NCBI GenBank assembly: GCA_951406725.2
Contig: OX597817.1
Coordinates: 36,766,001 to 36,830,000 of the forward strand
Source of the DNA: Octopus vulgaris
Taxonomy: Eukaryota
Length of the DNA stretch: 64,000 nt
Reading direction: 5' to 3'
Shown: positions 26,444 through 40,710 of the stretch, one piece after another
How positions within the stretch are numbered: position 1 is the stretch's first letter
Layout: each line of letters opens with the position of its first letter
The notes under the pieces: generated by a model
Told to the model about the DNA's origin: nothing
Seen by the model: the letters and a program-made list of their open reading frames with translations, nothing else
Database searches by the model: none
Position numbers and translations under genes: made by a program

Positions 26444-26539
26444 AAGGTTCCTTCTTCAGTGATGGACTCCTAAACCAATTTCCAGGACTTATTGTCGAAA
26501 ATCGTCCCAGCAAGACACTAGCCCGTGGCGAGATTGAAC

Positions 26540-26680
26540 CTTTTTGTCAGCTGAGTGGACGGGAGCATCGTGAAATGAAGTGTTTTGCTGCAGAGCAAAA
26601 CGCATTACACAGTCCAAGAAACGAAACTTCACTCTTAAGATCATAAATTCAAGACTCTAACCACTAAGCCATGAGCCTCT
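26540..26680 (-). mobile_element. SINE family D, 5' part
   Basis: Homologous to 54490-54630. Confidence 0.7.
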
Positions 26681-27856
26681 CTGTGTGTATCTCTATAATT
26701 GTGTGTGTGTGTGTTAGAAGTACCAGTAGAGTGTCAGCTAAAATTAAATGGCTTGTGGTATTTAGTGAACGCTGTCTTTGCGTGCGGAATTTAAATTATA
26801 CTAAGGTCGCCTTTGTCTTTCAACCTTCCAAGATCGATGAAGGAACTGATGGAGTGGGGTGGGAGTATGATGTAATTGATTTTCAGTTAAAGGTAGTATT
26901 ATTGCATAGCTATAGCCTGATGACTAAACCAGTAAAATAATAATAAAGAAATATATCTGCTGGCGAGTATGTGTATGCGTGTGTGTATGTACGTGATATT
27001 ACGTATGCATGCTTGTATAGTTATGCGTATATATGTGTGTATACGTGGATGTGTATATATACACTCACAGATATATAAATACACATATATGCATATATAC
27101 ACCTATCTATACGCATGTATATGTGTGTGTGCGCATGTGTGTATATCAATATGTATTGATGAGAATTATATATTTATATATATATATAATACTTATATAT
27201 TTGTATTTGCATGTGTTTGTGTGTCTGTGAAGGTGTATATGCGCGTGTGTGTATATGTGTGTGTGTCTGAGTCTGTGTGTGTGCGTGCCTCTGTGTGTAT
27301 ATATGTAATTCGTGGTGATCAGAGAAATTACGTGCCAGTGACGAAAGGAGAGAATTATGTATGTCCTGCAGGTACTCAACAAGTAAAACAGAGCTGCATA
27401 TACATTAAACACGCCAACACAAAAATACCTCGCACACGTACTGCCTGACAATCAAAGAACGTTATTTCCGTTCCGTACTCTAATTGTAGATGTGTGTACA
27501 CACGCACAGACACATAATGAGAGACAGGAGAAGGTGATACAGATAACAGGGATACGTAAATAGACATGTACACATGATGAGAGGAAAATAAACATGGACA
27601 GTTTCAAAGTGTATCAATTTTCCTACGAAAATTTGCCTCGCGCCAGACCCTTCTCCATTGTAGTGGAAGAGGCACTGTGAATTAACCCCCTCCCCATCCC
27701 ACAATCCTTCGTGTTGTGCAATACAGTTCATTCTCATAGGCAGACTAAAAGAGAAATATCAACTCTAGTACTTGACTGGCACTTTTTATAGCGAACTAGG
27801 AAAACGGAGGGCAAATTTCACTTCGGTGGCATTAGAACTCAAAGCGCAGAAAAACT

Positions 27857-28103
27857 TTGCTTACCAACCACATGGTTCCGGGTTCAGTCCGACTGCGTGG
27901 CACCTTGGGCAAGTGTCTTCTACTATAGCATCGGGCCGACCAAAGCCTTGTCAGTGGATTTGGTAGACGGAAACTGAAAGAAGCCCATCGTATATGTGTG
28001 TATATTTGTGTATCTGTGTTTGTCCCCCCAACATTGCTTGAAAACTGATGCTGGTGTGTTTACGTCCCTGTAACTTAACGGTTCAGCAAAAGAGACCGAT
28101 ACG
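27857..28103 (+). mobile_element. SINE family A, partial
   Basis: Homology to other copies. Confidence 0.85.
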
Positions 28104-28172
28104 ATCTGGAGTTTCGGGAAAATTAGACGACAAATTTAATTAAGTACTATTGTTATTAAATTTTGTAACATA

Positions 28173-28566
28173 GGCGCAGGAGTGGCTGTGTGGTAAGTAG
28201 CTTGCTAATCAACCACATGGTTCCGGATTCAGTCCCACTGCGTGGGACCTTGGGCAAGTGTCTTCTACTATAGCCTCGGGCCGACCAAAGCCTTGTGGGT
28301 GGATTTGGTAGATGGAAACTGAAAGTAGTTCGTCGTATATATGTGTATATATATGTATGTGTGTGTATATGTCTGTGTGTCTGTGTTTTTCCCCCCAACG
28401 TCGCTTGACAACCGATGGTGGTGTGTTTATGTTAGCGGTTCGGCAAAAGAGATCGATAGAATAAGTACTAGGCTTACAAAGTCCTGGGGTCAATTTGCTC
28501 GACTAAAGGCGGTGCTCCAGCATGACCACAATCAAATGACTGAAACAAGTAAAAGAGTAAAAGAGT
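28173..28566 (+). mobile_element. SINE family A
   Basis: Full length. Confidence 0.92.
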
Positions 28567-29362
28567 TACTGTAAGTCATTTCTACTCGACGTTCTTATGA
28601 TTCAGCCACTTCGATGCCTACAACCACCCGCGTTATATAAGCTAGACTGAATGCAAAGTATGAAAGACAAATAGATTAACAGGTAAATAGGTAGGTTGAT
28701 TGTTAAGATTGTTAGACAACCTAGCATGTGGATGGTGGAGAATGAGAATATAAGTAGAACTCTTCTGCTATGAGTTTACCATACTTTCTAAAGAAGGAGC
28801 ATGATTAACCATTAGTAGATTAACTTGTGAATTTCAAGAAAGAAAACTATTTTGAAAAGCTGTAGTGAAGTGAATTGGATGAAGAAAAACAGAGGTCGTA
28901 GTTTATTCATTGCTGCAGTGAGGGAGGAAAAAATGAAAAAAAAAGTGAAAGAAATAGAGAACAGATGCTGGGAGAGCGGATGGAAACAAAGGCCGGGGGT
29001 AGTAGTAAGATAGAAACATCAGAGGAAAAGTAAACAAAGAACATTGGAAGTGAAGGAACGGTGGGAGGGGGGGGCCACGGTTGAGTATGGAGAATGCTGC
29101 ATTATGTAATAGAAATACGCGTAACATGCAAAATTGAGGAGACATGGAGAGATTCAATGTTTGAATGAGAAAAAAAAAATCATAAAACGCGATACGGGTA
29201 GAATAGAAGAAAGGTAAATAACTAGAAGATAAGTGAATATGCACGCACAGATAGGTGTACATATGGAGATAGGGTGAGAGAGGGCGTGGAAGAATTTATA
29301 TGTAGGTGTATATGTGTGTATGTGTATGTGATTATATGTATGTGTATATATGTGTATGTGTC

Positions 29363-29710
<348 letters not shown>

Positions 29711-30034
29711 GTAGATGTATATGTGTGTATATCTAAAGACTGGAGGTGAGATAGGCAGTATGTATATATATAGACAGACACAAGAAAATGAAAATAAAAT
29801 TTTAGTTGTTAAAAACATGAAGAAAATATATTTGAAATGCCTGTACAAAATGGTGACAAAGAGTATTGAAAGATAAAAGAAAAGCAGAGATGTGGGCACG
29901 AGAGGGAACAGTGAGGCTGCATTGATTTCATGCCAAATTGTCATAGAGCACGTCAATCACTACAGGGAATGGATAAACAAAAATTAAAAGGAAAACAGAA
30001 GACGACCGTTCGATGTAAAGGATCAATCAAATGA

Positions 30035-30128
30035 AGCAGCAGCAGTAGTGGCAGCAGCAGCAGTGGCAGCAGCAGCAGTGGCAGCAGCAGCAGCAGAAAC
30101 TGTAGTTGATGTTTTGGCAGATGGAGTG

Positions 30129-30179
<51 letters not shown>

Positions 30180-30324
30180 GTGAGCGCAGGAGAACTAAAG
30201 ATGGGTATCTAATGCAAGCTGGTAACACACGAACATATGCATACATACATAAAAACTGACACAAAGTAGGCGCACGCACATACTCATGCACACATTTACA
30301 CACACTCACACACAAACATACATA

Positions 30325-30371
<47 letters not shown>
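30035..30371. repeat. (GCA)n, (ATC)n and (CA)n microsatellite cluster
   Basis: Direct reading. Confidence 0.9.
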
Positions 30372-30373
<2 letters not shown>

Positions 30374-30966
30374 GTGTACAAACACATATTTGTTTTGTGA
30401 CATTGGTGGCCCTGACCAAATGTCAAAACGTTATTAAATGTACCGAGAGATAGCAATAGCAGGAACAATATTTGATAGTCTGCTCTGATGATGTAAGTGC
30501 GTGAGGTTGACTATTGACACTCGAATACATTTGCTTCGATGATATGTCTCTATGTGAGTCTCTGTATTCAATGATCGAGAACAGTCGAAACAACTGTCAA
30601 ACAGGGGATTTCAATAAACCTTATGAAATACTAAGGTCACGACGCGAGGTATAGAAGTTCTGGTCGTTTATTATATCTAAATCTATCACTAACCGAACTT
30701 GTTCCTTTCTTGCCTCTGGTAGGCCTACACACGAGAGTTTGGCTGGTGTTACGTAAATTTCACTCTCACTTAAACCCAGGTCACACGCACGTAATGACAC
30801 GTAAATGGACAAACACACAGATAAAACGTTTTTGCGCAACATGATTGCCGATGAGCGGGACGACAACATTTATACATAGTCTGTTGATCAAACAAGAAGA
30901 GTATTTTCACATTTGCATAACTTTCCTTTATTCGTTCCAATACTATATGGTCCAATACAATTTTTT

Positions 30967-31377
30967 TTCTTTACTACCCACAAGGGGCTAAACATAGAAG
31001 GCACAAACAAGGACAGACAAAGGGATTAAGTCGATTACATCGACGCAAGTGCGAAACTGGTACTTTATTTATCGACGCCGAATGTGTGAAAGGCAAAGTC
31101 GACCTCGGCGCAATTTGAACTCAGAACATAACGACAGACGAAATACCTATTTCTTTACTACCCTCAAGGGGCTAAATACAGAGAGGACAAACAAGGATAG
31201 ACAAACGGATTAGGTCGATTACATCGGCCCCAGTGCGTAACTGGTACTTAATTTATCGACCCCGAAAGGATGAAAGGCAAATTCGACCTCGGTGGAATTT
31301 GAAACGTAACAACGGCAGACGAAATACGGCTACGCATTTCGCCCGGCGTGCTAATGTTTCTGCCAGCTCACTGCCTT
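30967..31377 (-). mobile_element. SINE family B, partial dimer
   Basis: Full unit followed by a repeat of the 3' two-thirds; junction aaagaaataggtatttcgtctg on the minus strand. Confidence 0.9.
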
Positions 31378-31924
31378 ATATGGTCCAATATACTATGCTT
31401 TTAATTCTACTAATCAAAGATCTTGTATAATGAAATACTTTCGTAAAATCATGATGGAGCCACTATTAGAATATCTGGAATAACACGCTGCTTGCAAAAG
31501 TTATGAGTGTTATCAGAATTTAATGGTCTCACAGATACATATCTAAATTGGGTGTATTATAAACAAATTGTTTTCTCTGCTCTGATATTATAATTGAGTT
31601 GTCTTTAAATAAATATAGTATCTCTGTAAAAACATAATTATGGCGTATTAATTGATCGTAATTTTATTACAACTGCAAAATACATGAGAGAATGTTTACA
31701 GAATTTGAATATATATTCGTCTTGTCCGTCTTATGGAATTTAGATACTATCCGCTGCCTGTGCGTACACTTGTGTATAACTTTGCAGTGTGTGTGTGTGT
31801 GTATGTGTGTGTATGTATGTGTGCTTGTATACATATGTGTGTGTGTGTGTGTAGTGTACTATCTTTAATACAGTGAGTTGAGGCGGAGTGCAAACACAAA
31901 TAGTACACGACACACATTGGGTAT

Positions 31925-32136
31925 TCTTTTATTCTTTTATTCTTTTACTTGTTTCTGTCATTTGACTGCGGCCATGCTGGAGCACCGCCTTTAGTCGAGC
32001 GAATCGACCCCAGGACTTATTCTTTATAACCCTAGTACTTATTCTATCGGCCTCTTTTGCCGAACCGCTAAGTTACGGGGACGTAAACACACCAGCATCG
32101 GTTACCAAGTGATGTTGGGGGGGACAAACCGACACA

Positions 32137-32175
<39 letters not shown>

Positions 32176-32346
32176 ATATACATAAATACGACGGCTTCTT
32201 TCAGTTTCCGTCTGCCAAATCCACTCACAAGGCTTCGGTCGGCCCGAGGCTATAGTAGAAGACACTTGCCCAAGGTGCCACGTAGTGCCACTGAACCTGG
32301 AACCATGTGGTTGGTAAGCAAGCTACTTACCACACAACCACAGCCT
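31925..32346 (-). mobile_element. SINE family A
   Basis: Full length. Confidence 0.92.
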
Positions 32347-32805
32347 ATAATAATACGTAATAATTATTTTATAGTGTTTGCTATGCCAGCAACCAAGTAA
32401 CTTTAAAGTCAGGAAATTCGTTTGAATATTCAACCAAACATTTAAACATCTCGTACATCTTCAAAAGGCACTTATTACAGTTGGATTACGTTAACTTTAT
32501 GGCTATTCCTGGCTATTTCTGGATATATTTTTAAGTATTTTTTGTCCTACGTCTTTCACTATGACGTTCACTTTATGATTTAATTTTTTTTAGTAACACA
32601 TTCCGTTTTCGGTTGGGCGATAAAACGTGGGATTGAATGCGTTATTTGGCAATCCATTTGAATTTTCATATCGTAACCTGTCAAGGACACATCGTAGTTT
32701 ATAGTCATACCAATTTTAAACATTCAATCCAAATTTTGAGATTTGCCAATGCATGATTGTAGCAACCTCATCCTGGTTCTAGTTTTTACAAACCTATTAT
32801 TATTA

Positions 32806-32860
<55 letters not shown>

Positions 32861-32867
32861 CATTATT

Positions 32868-33248
32868 ATTCAGAAGTTTAATTTTTATTACGTGCTTTCA
32901 CTGCGCTACCGAGCGCTGCTCTGTGGACCTTGGGTATGTGCTGTGGTTTGTTGTGATTCTCTTATTGTTGCTGTATTGAAAAATGTTTTACGTAGGATGT
33001 GTGCGGTACCTAGTAGTGCTATTTTCTATATGTTATATATATATTTGTTAGTCATGGTATCTTTGTTATGCGTTTGTCTGAATATTTTTTTATCATACCC
33101 AATACGCCTATTATGATAGGAATTGTCTCTGGTTTTAGACTCCACATTCGAGGCCTTTCCCATAGTATGGTTGCTTTCTCATTTTCTGTGACCTTTTCTG
33201 GCGTGTGCTTATACCATATTTTTTCTGTTGTTATTTTTCCTTCCATGC
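32868..33248 (-). mobile_element. R4/Dong-like LINE 3' fragment
   Basis: WYKHTPEKVTENEKATILW..ETIPIIIGVLGMIKK plus a 3' UTR ending in (TAA)n; homologous to 34301-34732. Confidence 0.8.
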
Positions 33249-33304
33249 ACTTTCTTTTTTTTTTTTTTGATCATTTTTGTTTAAATTTACACAATTTTCA
33301 ATTT

Positions 33305-34219
33305 TAATGACACTGGCATTCTTCATGTGCTTCAACAGCGGCTCCACTGCATTGTTTCACATGCCACCCTAGGCTGTTTTCCTCTGCTTCGATACAGCCC
33401 TGAAAACTAATGAAACCTCTCCCAATCTTTCTTGTGGACAAGTACAACCTATCGGTGTCACTCTTACGATGGAATGCTCCGTGTACTGTCAACATTTTTT
33501 CTGGTCTTGTTATCCATTTTCTTCCCTTCTCTCTTTTGCCATTTTCATAATTCCCACACCATTCCGAAGTGATGCTATCTCCCACATATTAGCTGCTGGG
33601 ATTTTGTTCTATCTTGTCAATTTCGAGTGCAACACCAACCTCAGTTTTCGGAAATACTCCATCCACAGTTGCTTTTTCATTTCCTTTTCCATTATCTCGT
33701 TGGACTCCCGTACACGAAGGTATTTGTATCCTTCCGTTTCAATTTGTTTAATCAAGTCTCTATTCGGTAATTCTATCCCTGTTAGGTCATGTACCTTGCC
33801 TCTTTTTAGGTAGATTATTCCATTATTCCGCACTTCTTGCGTCCAAATTCCATTCTAATATCAGGCTCTAAAACAGTGGACCGTGTTCACCAGTGAACTC
33901 GCTTGTGGCTCACCTTGCCATACATTTTCAAATCATCCGTGAAGAGGAAGTGGCTGATTGCTTGGGATTTTCCCTTTAGTTGCTACCCCAGGTTCATTTT
34001 CCCAAGTACCAACGTCAGGGGTATCATGCAGAGAACAAAAAGCAACGGAGATAGGCTATCACCCTGGAAAATCACTCTTCTGATACCCAGGGTGCCCAAA
34101 CTTTTTCCGTAAGATGTCAGTTCAGTTTTCTACCCAACCATACTTCTCTTCAGGAAACACTTTGCATTGCTCGCAATTCCAAACAGGTTTTATCACTCGA
34201 TGATCCACGAATGTGGAAT
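33305..34219 (-). pseudogene. R4/Dong-like reverse transcriptase remnant
   Basis: IPHSWII, IFQGDSLSPLLFVLCMIPLT, ISHFLFTDDLKMYG, EGYKYL, MLTVHGAFHRKSDTDRLYL..GRGFIS; frameshifted. Confidence 0.85.
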
Positions 34220-34268
34220 CATATTAATATTATTATTGTTATTATTATTATTATTATTATTATCATCA

Positions 34269-34300
<32 letters not shown>

Positions 34301-34306
<6 letters not shown>

Positions 34307-34732
34307 TAGTTTTATTTTTATTTTTATAGCGTGCTTTCACTTCACTACCGAGCGCAGCTCTGTGTGCCTTGGGTATGTGCTGTGATTTGTTGTGATGCTC
34401 TGATGGTTATTGTATGGAAAGTGTTCTGCGTAGGATGTGTGCAGTGCCCAGTAGTGCAATTTTCTGTATGTTATATGTGTTTGTAAGTCCTGGTGTTTTT
34501 GTTATGTATTTGTCTGAATATTTTTTTATCATGCCTAATGCACCTACTATGATAGGAATTGTTTCTGTTTTCAGATTCCACATTCTAGTTACCTCTATTT
34601 CCAGGTCTTTGTATTTTGAGAGTTTCTCCATTTCTTTTAGAGACACGTTGTCATCTGCCGGTACTGATACATCAATTAGAAAGCATTTTTTTCTTCATGG
34701 TCTCTGACAACTATATCTGGTCTGTTGGCCTT
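34301..34732 (-). mobile_element. R4/Dong-like LINE, 5'-truncated (restriction-like endonuclease domain + 3' UTR)
   Basis: KANRPDIVV..IDVSVP..KEMEKLSKYKDLEIEVTRMW..IPIIVGALG..IQKIALLGTAHILRRTL; (TAA)n on both sides. Confidence 0.88.
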
Positions 34733-34737
34733 TATTA

Positions 34738-34772
<35 letters not shown>

Positions 34773-35279
34773 GAGTGAGAGAGCAGTTCATGCCATCAAA
34801 GTGACACTGGGGTAAAATATACGAAGCCCAATATACCCATCATGACTACCCGTCTGATAAAGGTACACCAGGCACATGCATCACAACCACATGTGCGCGA
34901 CATGGTGATCTCATATCAAGATAAACAGCACATGACCTTGCAGGTGGGGGCCCAGTTAGAATTTTCTTCAGGTTGAGTAGCCCATCCCGCTCAAACGGTC
35001 CCTGAATAAGGGTTGTTTAAGGATGTTGAAAGAACCACCCATATTTCCAGAGGTGAACTATTCAAACCCCAAAGAATCCCTCTCAACACATGGCTATGAT
35101 GCTCTCCCACTACTTCTGCTCGTGATCAGAGATGCACATATCGTCAGGCACTAAGGGACATGCTCAACTGGTTAAGGTCAAACAACTGACAAGCAAATCT
35201 GTGGTATTGAGCAGAATATTTGCTGTAGCCCATCTTTTATACCAAGACAAAACAATGTGCATGATAACACTTCCAATCA

Positions 35280-35280
<1 letters not shown>
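34773..35280. mobile_element. Unclassified non-coding repeat flanked by (TTA)n
   Basis: 35105-35280 recurs in opposite orientation at 36910-37086. Confidence 0.7.
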
Positions 35281-35334
<54 letters not shown>

Positions 35335-36773
35335 GTATCATCATTATTATTATTATTATTATTATTCTTTGTCTTTGCACATCTAACGCTGGAAATGTAC
35401 TACGGTGCCAGAAATTTTGAAAAAGAATAAGTTAGAGAGAAAGACCAAACAAGCTACCAGAGTAAGTGAGAACATTTGATTCCTAAAATAGAAACATGTT
35501 TCTCATATTTAGTTAATGATAGATACCATTATATCAATTTCTCTAAATTACATATCATTTTTACTTTATTAGTTCAGGTTTTATTTAAGTAAATTTTGAT
35601 AAATTTAATTTCATTATTTTTAGTCGATTGGTACTAATGTTTCATTAATTTCACTTTTATGTAACTATTTGCTTTTCCAATATTCAATTACATCATGATA
35701 GTTATATTAGCTATTTAAGCCAACTGAACTATTTTGGAATATATTGCCGTTAATGTATATAATTTTGTTCTAACGGAATACATAATTTGCTTTTTCTTAA
35801 ATTTTAAATTTTAGTCTGTATTGAGACAAGGAGAACTTATAAAAGTGTAACCATTGCACAAAGATAGTGGAAGTCACACACATGCTTCCTAGATAAAACT
35901 TTTCTCATTTACCACCACGATGCTCTTCATGACCAAAACTACACATATCAAATAAGTCTCTATCTCTCTAACACTGAAGATCACAAGAATGTTTTCCATT
36001 CTGGTCAGAACCAGTTTCACAGAAGATAAACGTCGTTCATCCAAATTTCTATGGAAAATTGTATAATCGGCCATAGTGTCCATCACGATCAGAAATACGA
36101 GAAATCGTGAAAGTTGTAATGTCTGAAAATCTCTCGAAGAAAATTCCATGTTCCATCAAACACTGCTACAAGAGAAATGGCCTTGTTTATCTGGAGCAAG
36201 TTATTACTATACACATGGTCTTAATGACTGGATATGATAATAACACAGACGTTAGACTGCAGTTTAGCTTTATATCGAATTAGTATCATGCACCATGTCA
36301 GACCTCATCGATGAGACCTATTATCAAACGTGTTCTGACCGAGACCAATGTATTTTTCATATGAGACAGCAGCGTGGCATTTGAAGGCGATATAGCTGCT
36401 ATATTCAACAGAGCAACCGCTTTGAGTATTCCTATTTAGCAAGATAGATAATTATACCATGAAGGGCGTGGATCAAATAATATGCTGATTTCTGTTTAAG
36501 ATAGTTATGTAAATACTTCCACAGCAGCGTCATAACTTTTTTATTAGTGTGTAACGCAATTATATATGACGTTTTACGAGTTATTGAAATGAAAAGACCA
36601 AACTCTAATCTTTTATTGGCCTATAATGAATTCCAATTTATTTCAAGTTACTATTTTACGTCATTTAACCGTACCCATTTCAGCAAGTCAACTTTCACAG
36701 AGGGTAACTGAAGTGTGACGTTTGTACTAAATTTCGATGAGCTCTGTAAGTGTTTACAACAACAACAACAATG

Positions 36774-36856
<83 letters not shown>

Positions 36857-36860
36857 CATA

Positions 36861-37086
36861 AATGCCCTGATGCAGTACCAGCAGTGGCCCTCGTGGCTTC
36901 TGATCACAATTGATTGAAAATGTTATCATGTATATTGTTTTGTCTAGGTATAAAAGATGGGCTACAGCAAATATTCTGCTCAATAACGCAGATTTGCTTG
37001 TCAGTTGTTTGACCGTCACCAGTTGAACCTGTCCCTTAGTGGCTGACGATATGTGCATCTCTGATCACGAGCAGAAGTAGTGGAGA
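36861..37086. mobile_element. Second, partial copy of the (TAA)n-associated repeat
   Basis: Starts immediately after (TAA)n 36772-36858; reverse-complement homolog of 35105-35280. Confidence 0.7.
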
Positions 37087-37892
37087 ATGTAGAGAGGAGA
37101 CGTAGTCTAGGATCAGAGCCCAGGATATGATTCTTCTTTGCGCTTTGCTTGCTTTTCAAAGAATGCATCTAATATCAACTGTGATTTCTCTCACGAAGTA
37201 ATTCACGGCAGCAAGATACCTTATTCAGAACATCTTACTACTGCTCTTCCAAGATATTCATTATCAGTTAAGTGAATCAGGATTTATCTCATTTTGGTGA
37301 AACTGCTACTGATGATCTTATTCGTAAGAATAGTATCTGGTGTTACTGCCTTCACACTATGATTTTCAGGTTTACGTTGGATGCCAACTCTTGCGGTTTT
37401 CTTTCTTTTTTTAATATATAACCTTTTAGCATGAATCACTCTTAACATTTACACACATTCTATATTGCCTTTTCCAGTTTCCCTTTATTAGTCCCCCTCT
37501 AATGTTATTGATGTCTGCTGGTACTCTTTCCTCGTCAAAGTAATATATGCATGACCCTGCCAAGCGAAAGCCTCTGTGCATGCACTTTCGGTAATTACGC
37601 CCCAGTTTGCTTGAATAATTCTTTCGGACTTCATTATACAGTATTTTTTCTCAAACGCCGCTGATAGGTGGTTCAACACGGCTAGCTCTTTCTTCAATTT
37701 GCAAATGTAATAGCAGGCCATTCTTTTAGAAACTACCCTGCCATAAGAAATATGTGGCCGATGCAATGAAGATTTAAAGAGTGCCAAAAATTTGGAAGTG
37801 GGCTGGTGCATTACCCATCACCGAGAATACTTTAGAATCAAGACTATGTTGTTGTTCTCTATATACTTTGTTGCAAGAAAAAAAACTATATA

Positions 37893-38077
37893 GGCGTAGG
37901 AGTGGCTGTGTGGTAAGTAGCATGCTTTCCAACCACATGGTTCCGGGTTCAGTCGCACTGCGTGGCACCTTGGGCAAGTGTCTTCTACTATAACCTCGGG
38001 CCGACCAAAGCCTTGTGAGTGAATTTGGTAGAGGGAAACTGAAAGAAGCCCGTCATATATGTATATATATATATATA

Positions 38078-38123
<46 letters not shown>

Positions 38124-38326
38124 GTGTATGTATGTGTGTCTGTGTTTGACCCCCAACATCGCTTGACAACCGATGCTGGTGTGTTTACGCCCCCGTAACT
38201 TAGCGGTTCGGCCAAAGAGACCGATAGAATAAGTACTAGGCTTACAAAGGTCGATTTGCTCGGCTGAAGGCGGTACTTCAGCATGGCCACAGTCAAATGA
38301 CTGAAACAAGTAAAAGAGTAAAAGAG
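37893..38326 (+). mobile_element. SINE family A
   Basis: Full length with expanded internal (TA)(TG). Confidence 0.92.
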
Positions 38327-38848
38327 CATAAATACTTCTATTTGAAAATTTTAATTGTAACACCAAACTTAATTATATTTTTAAAAAATTGTGTATGCAT
38401 GTTTAATTTCCCCGTCATCTCACGTGATGGGCATTAAGCCCGTGATGTTGCAAGTTATTTTCTTGTCCTCGATGGATAAAACCTGGAAATAATTTGAATA
38501 TATGGGAAGGGGTGCGAGTAGGAATTGCACGTAACAGTCTACAAAATAACAATAACAGTGCTATTGAAATTATTGTGTCCAAGAAAAACAGTGAAGTAAT
38601 GGTAAACAAGGTAGCAGTAATTAGTTTTTAATGTATTTGCATTTGTGTCCGGTGGAGTGGGGAGACCGTGGGTCACGTGATGTTACGGATCTGCATCTGC
38701 TGAAAAAAATCCTCTCAAAATTGCTGGCTCGGCAGATTTGCATATATTTTTTGTGGATAACCAAAATGTACCCATGCTTGCAGAACCTCGCTCACCACGG
38801 TGCCGTGCCACTGAAGACCTGATACAATTCGTCACTAGAATCATCGCA

Positions 38849-39265
38849 AAGGCGGCGAGCTAGCAGAAACGTTAGCACGCCAGGCGAAACGCCTTGTGGT
38901 TTTTCGTCTGCCGCTACGTTCTGAGTTCAAATTCCGCCGAGGTCGACTTTTCCTTTCATCCTTTCGGGGTCGATTAAATAAGTACCAGTTACGCACTGTG
39001 GTCGATATAATCGACTTAATCCATTTGTCTGTCCTTGTTTTTCCTCTCTGTGTTTAGCCCCTTGTGGGTAGTAAAGAAATAGATAGTTCGTCTGCCGCTA
39101 CGTTCTGAGTTCAAATTCCACCGAGGTGGACTTTTCCTTTCATCCTTTCGGGGTCGATTAAATAAGTACCAGTTACGCCCTGTGGTCGATATAATCGACT
39201 TAATCCGTTTGTCTGTCCTTGTTTGTCCCCTCTATGTTTAATCCCTTGTGGGTAATAAAGAAATG
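38849..39265 (+). mobile_element. SINE family B, partial dimer, with TSD
   Basis: agaatcatcgcaaagg at 38837-38852 and 39266-39281. Confidence 0.92.
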
Positions 39266-39447
39266 AGAATCATCGCAAAGGTTGCTGTAGCCATAAGTTC
39301 TAGCGTTTTCGCTCATCCCTACTTGGACCTTGACCAGTGCTTCGCATCAGTAGGATATGAACTCGGAACGCAGAGAGTAGAAGATGCTACAAAGCATGGG
39401 CATTTTCTCTTAGTTCTGTCTTTCTCTACGTCTTCCTCTCTGTCTCA

Positions 39448-39496
<49 letters not shown>

Positions 39497-40217
39497 CCTC
39501 CCAGTATGTGTTTGTGAGTGTGAGAGCGTGTAATCTTAAACTTTTACTGCTTCCAGTCACTGACCGCAGTTGTTTTCTTTCATTCTGATCAATATATAAT
39601 GACTCTTTGATGAAAAGTTTAAGCTCGAAGACACTTTTACTTTGGACGTCAAACTAATAATCACATCCTCTTTCCATTTTGTCTTCTTTGTTGGTATTGT
39701 CGACTTTAATTTTGAAGTTGTATGTATGTATGTATGTACGTACGTTTATAGGTGTTTACGTATGTACATATTCAACCGTTCATTGTCCAGAGGTAAAGAA
39801 AGAAACCAATTCAGACAAAGCAAGTGTTATAAATGAAATGTCAAATAGTTGTACACGTGTCAAAATTTAGCAAACTACAATGAATTGTTATCTCTTGAAA
39901 TTATAATATAATGATTAAGACGGATTATAATTTTTTTTTTTCCTTTTCAGTTATAATTATAGCGGAAATAACTTTTTCAATTTGAAAATCGTATTACATC
40001 GATTGTAAATTACCATGGTGACAAACAAATATTTTATTAAAAAACACTTGATGACCAGACACTCAGAGATATTTTGCTATATATAAATATGTGTGTGTAC
40101 AAGCTTGTGTTTGTATGTGTGTGGGGTGATGTATTGGCGGTGAAAATCTGATTGTGTGTGTCTGTGTGCATTAAATGTTGTTTATTTAAGAAATAACAAT
40201 AGACGTTTTGCTTGAAA

Positions 40218-40470
40218 TTCAATGTGGTTTCAGAAGACGGAGAAGTACCGTAGATATAGTGTTAGTGTTCTGTTCTGTCTTTAGAGGATCAGAAACAAGA
40301 CAAGGCATTTCATGTTTTTGGGGGTCTTTTTGACTTTGCGAAGACACACAGTGCACTAAAGTAGTCGATCGTGTAATTAATCTTAAGTTTCGATGCCCGA
40401 AAATTTCATTGATTTTATTTAGAATGTGATGCAAGAAAAAGCTATGTACATCATATCTCAATGTATTTGT
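40218..40470 (+). pseudogene. Decayed RTE-like reverse transcriptase fragment
   Basis: QCGFRRRRSTVDIV motif followed by eroded DF.K and CP.KFI-like segments. Confidence 0.45.
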
Positions 40471-40485
40471 CAGCAATGTTTATAT

Positions 40486-40710
40486 AAGGTGGCAGAAACG
40501 TTAGCACGCCGGGCGAAATGCGTAGCCGTATTTCGTCTGTCGTTACGTTCTGAGTTCAAATTCCGCCGAGGTCGACTTTGCCTTTCATCCTTTCGGGGTC
40601 GATAAATTAAGTACCAGTTACGCACTGGGGTCAATGTAAACGACTTGATCCCTTTGTCTGTCTGTGTTTGTTCCCTCTATGTTTAGCCCCTTGTGGGCAA
40701 TAAAGAAATA
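40486..40710 (+). mobile_element. SINE family B
   Basis: Homology to other copies. Confidence 0.9.

Noticed and set aside
37100-37830. Possible RTE LINE remnants (also about 6250-6470 and 55200-55960)
   Set aside because: Only scattered motif echoes; boundaries cannot be supported by eye.
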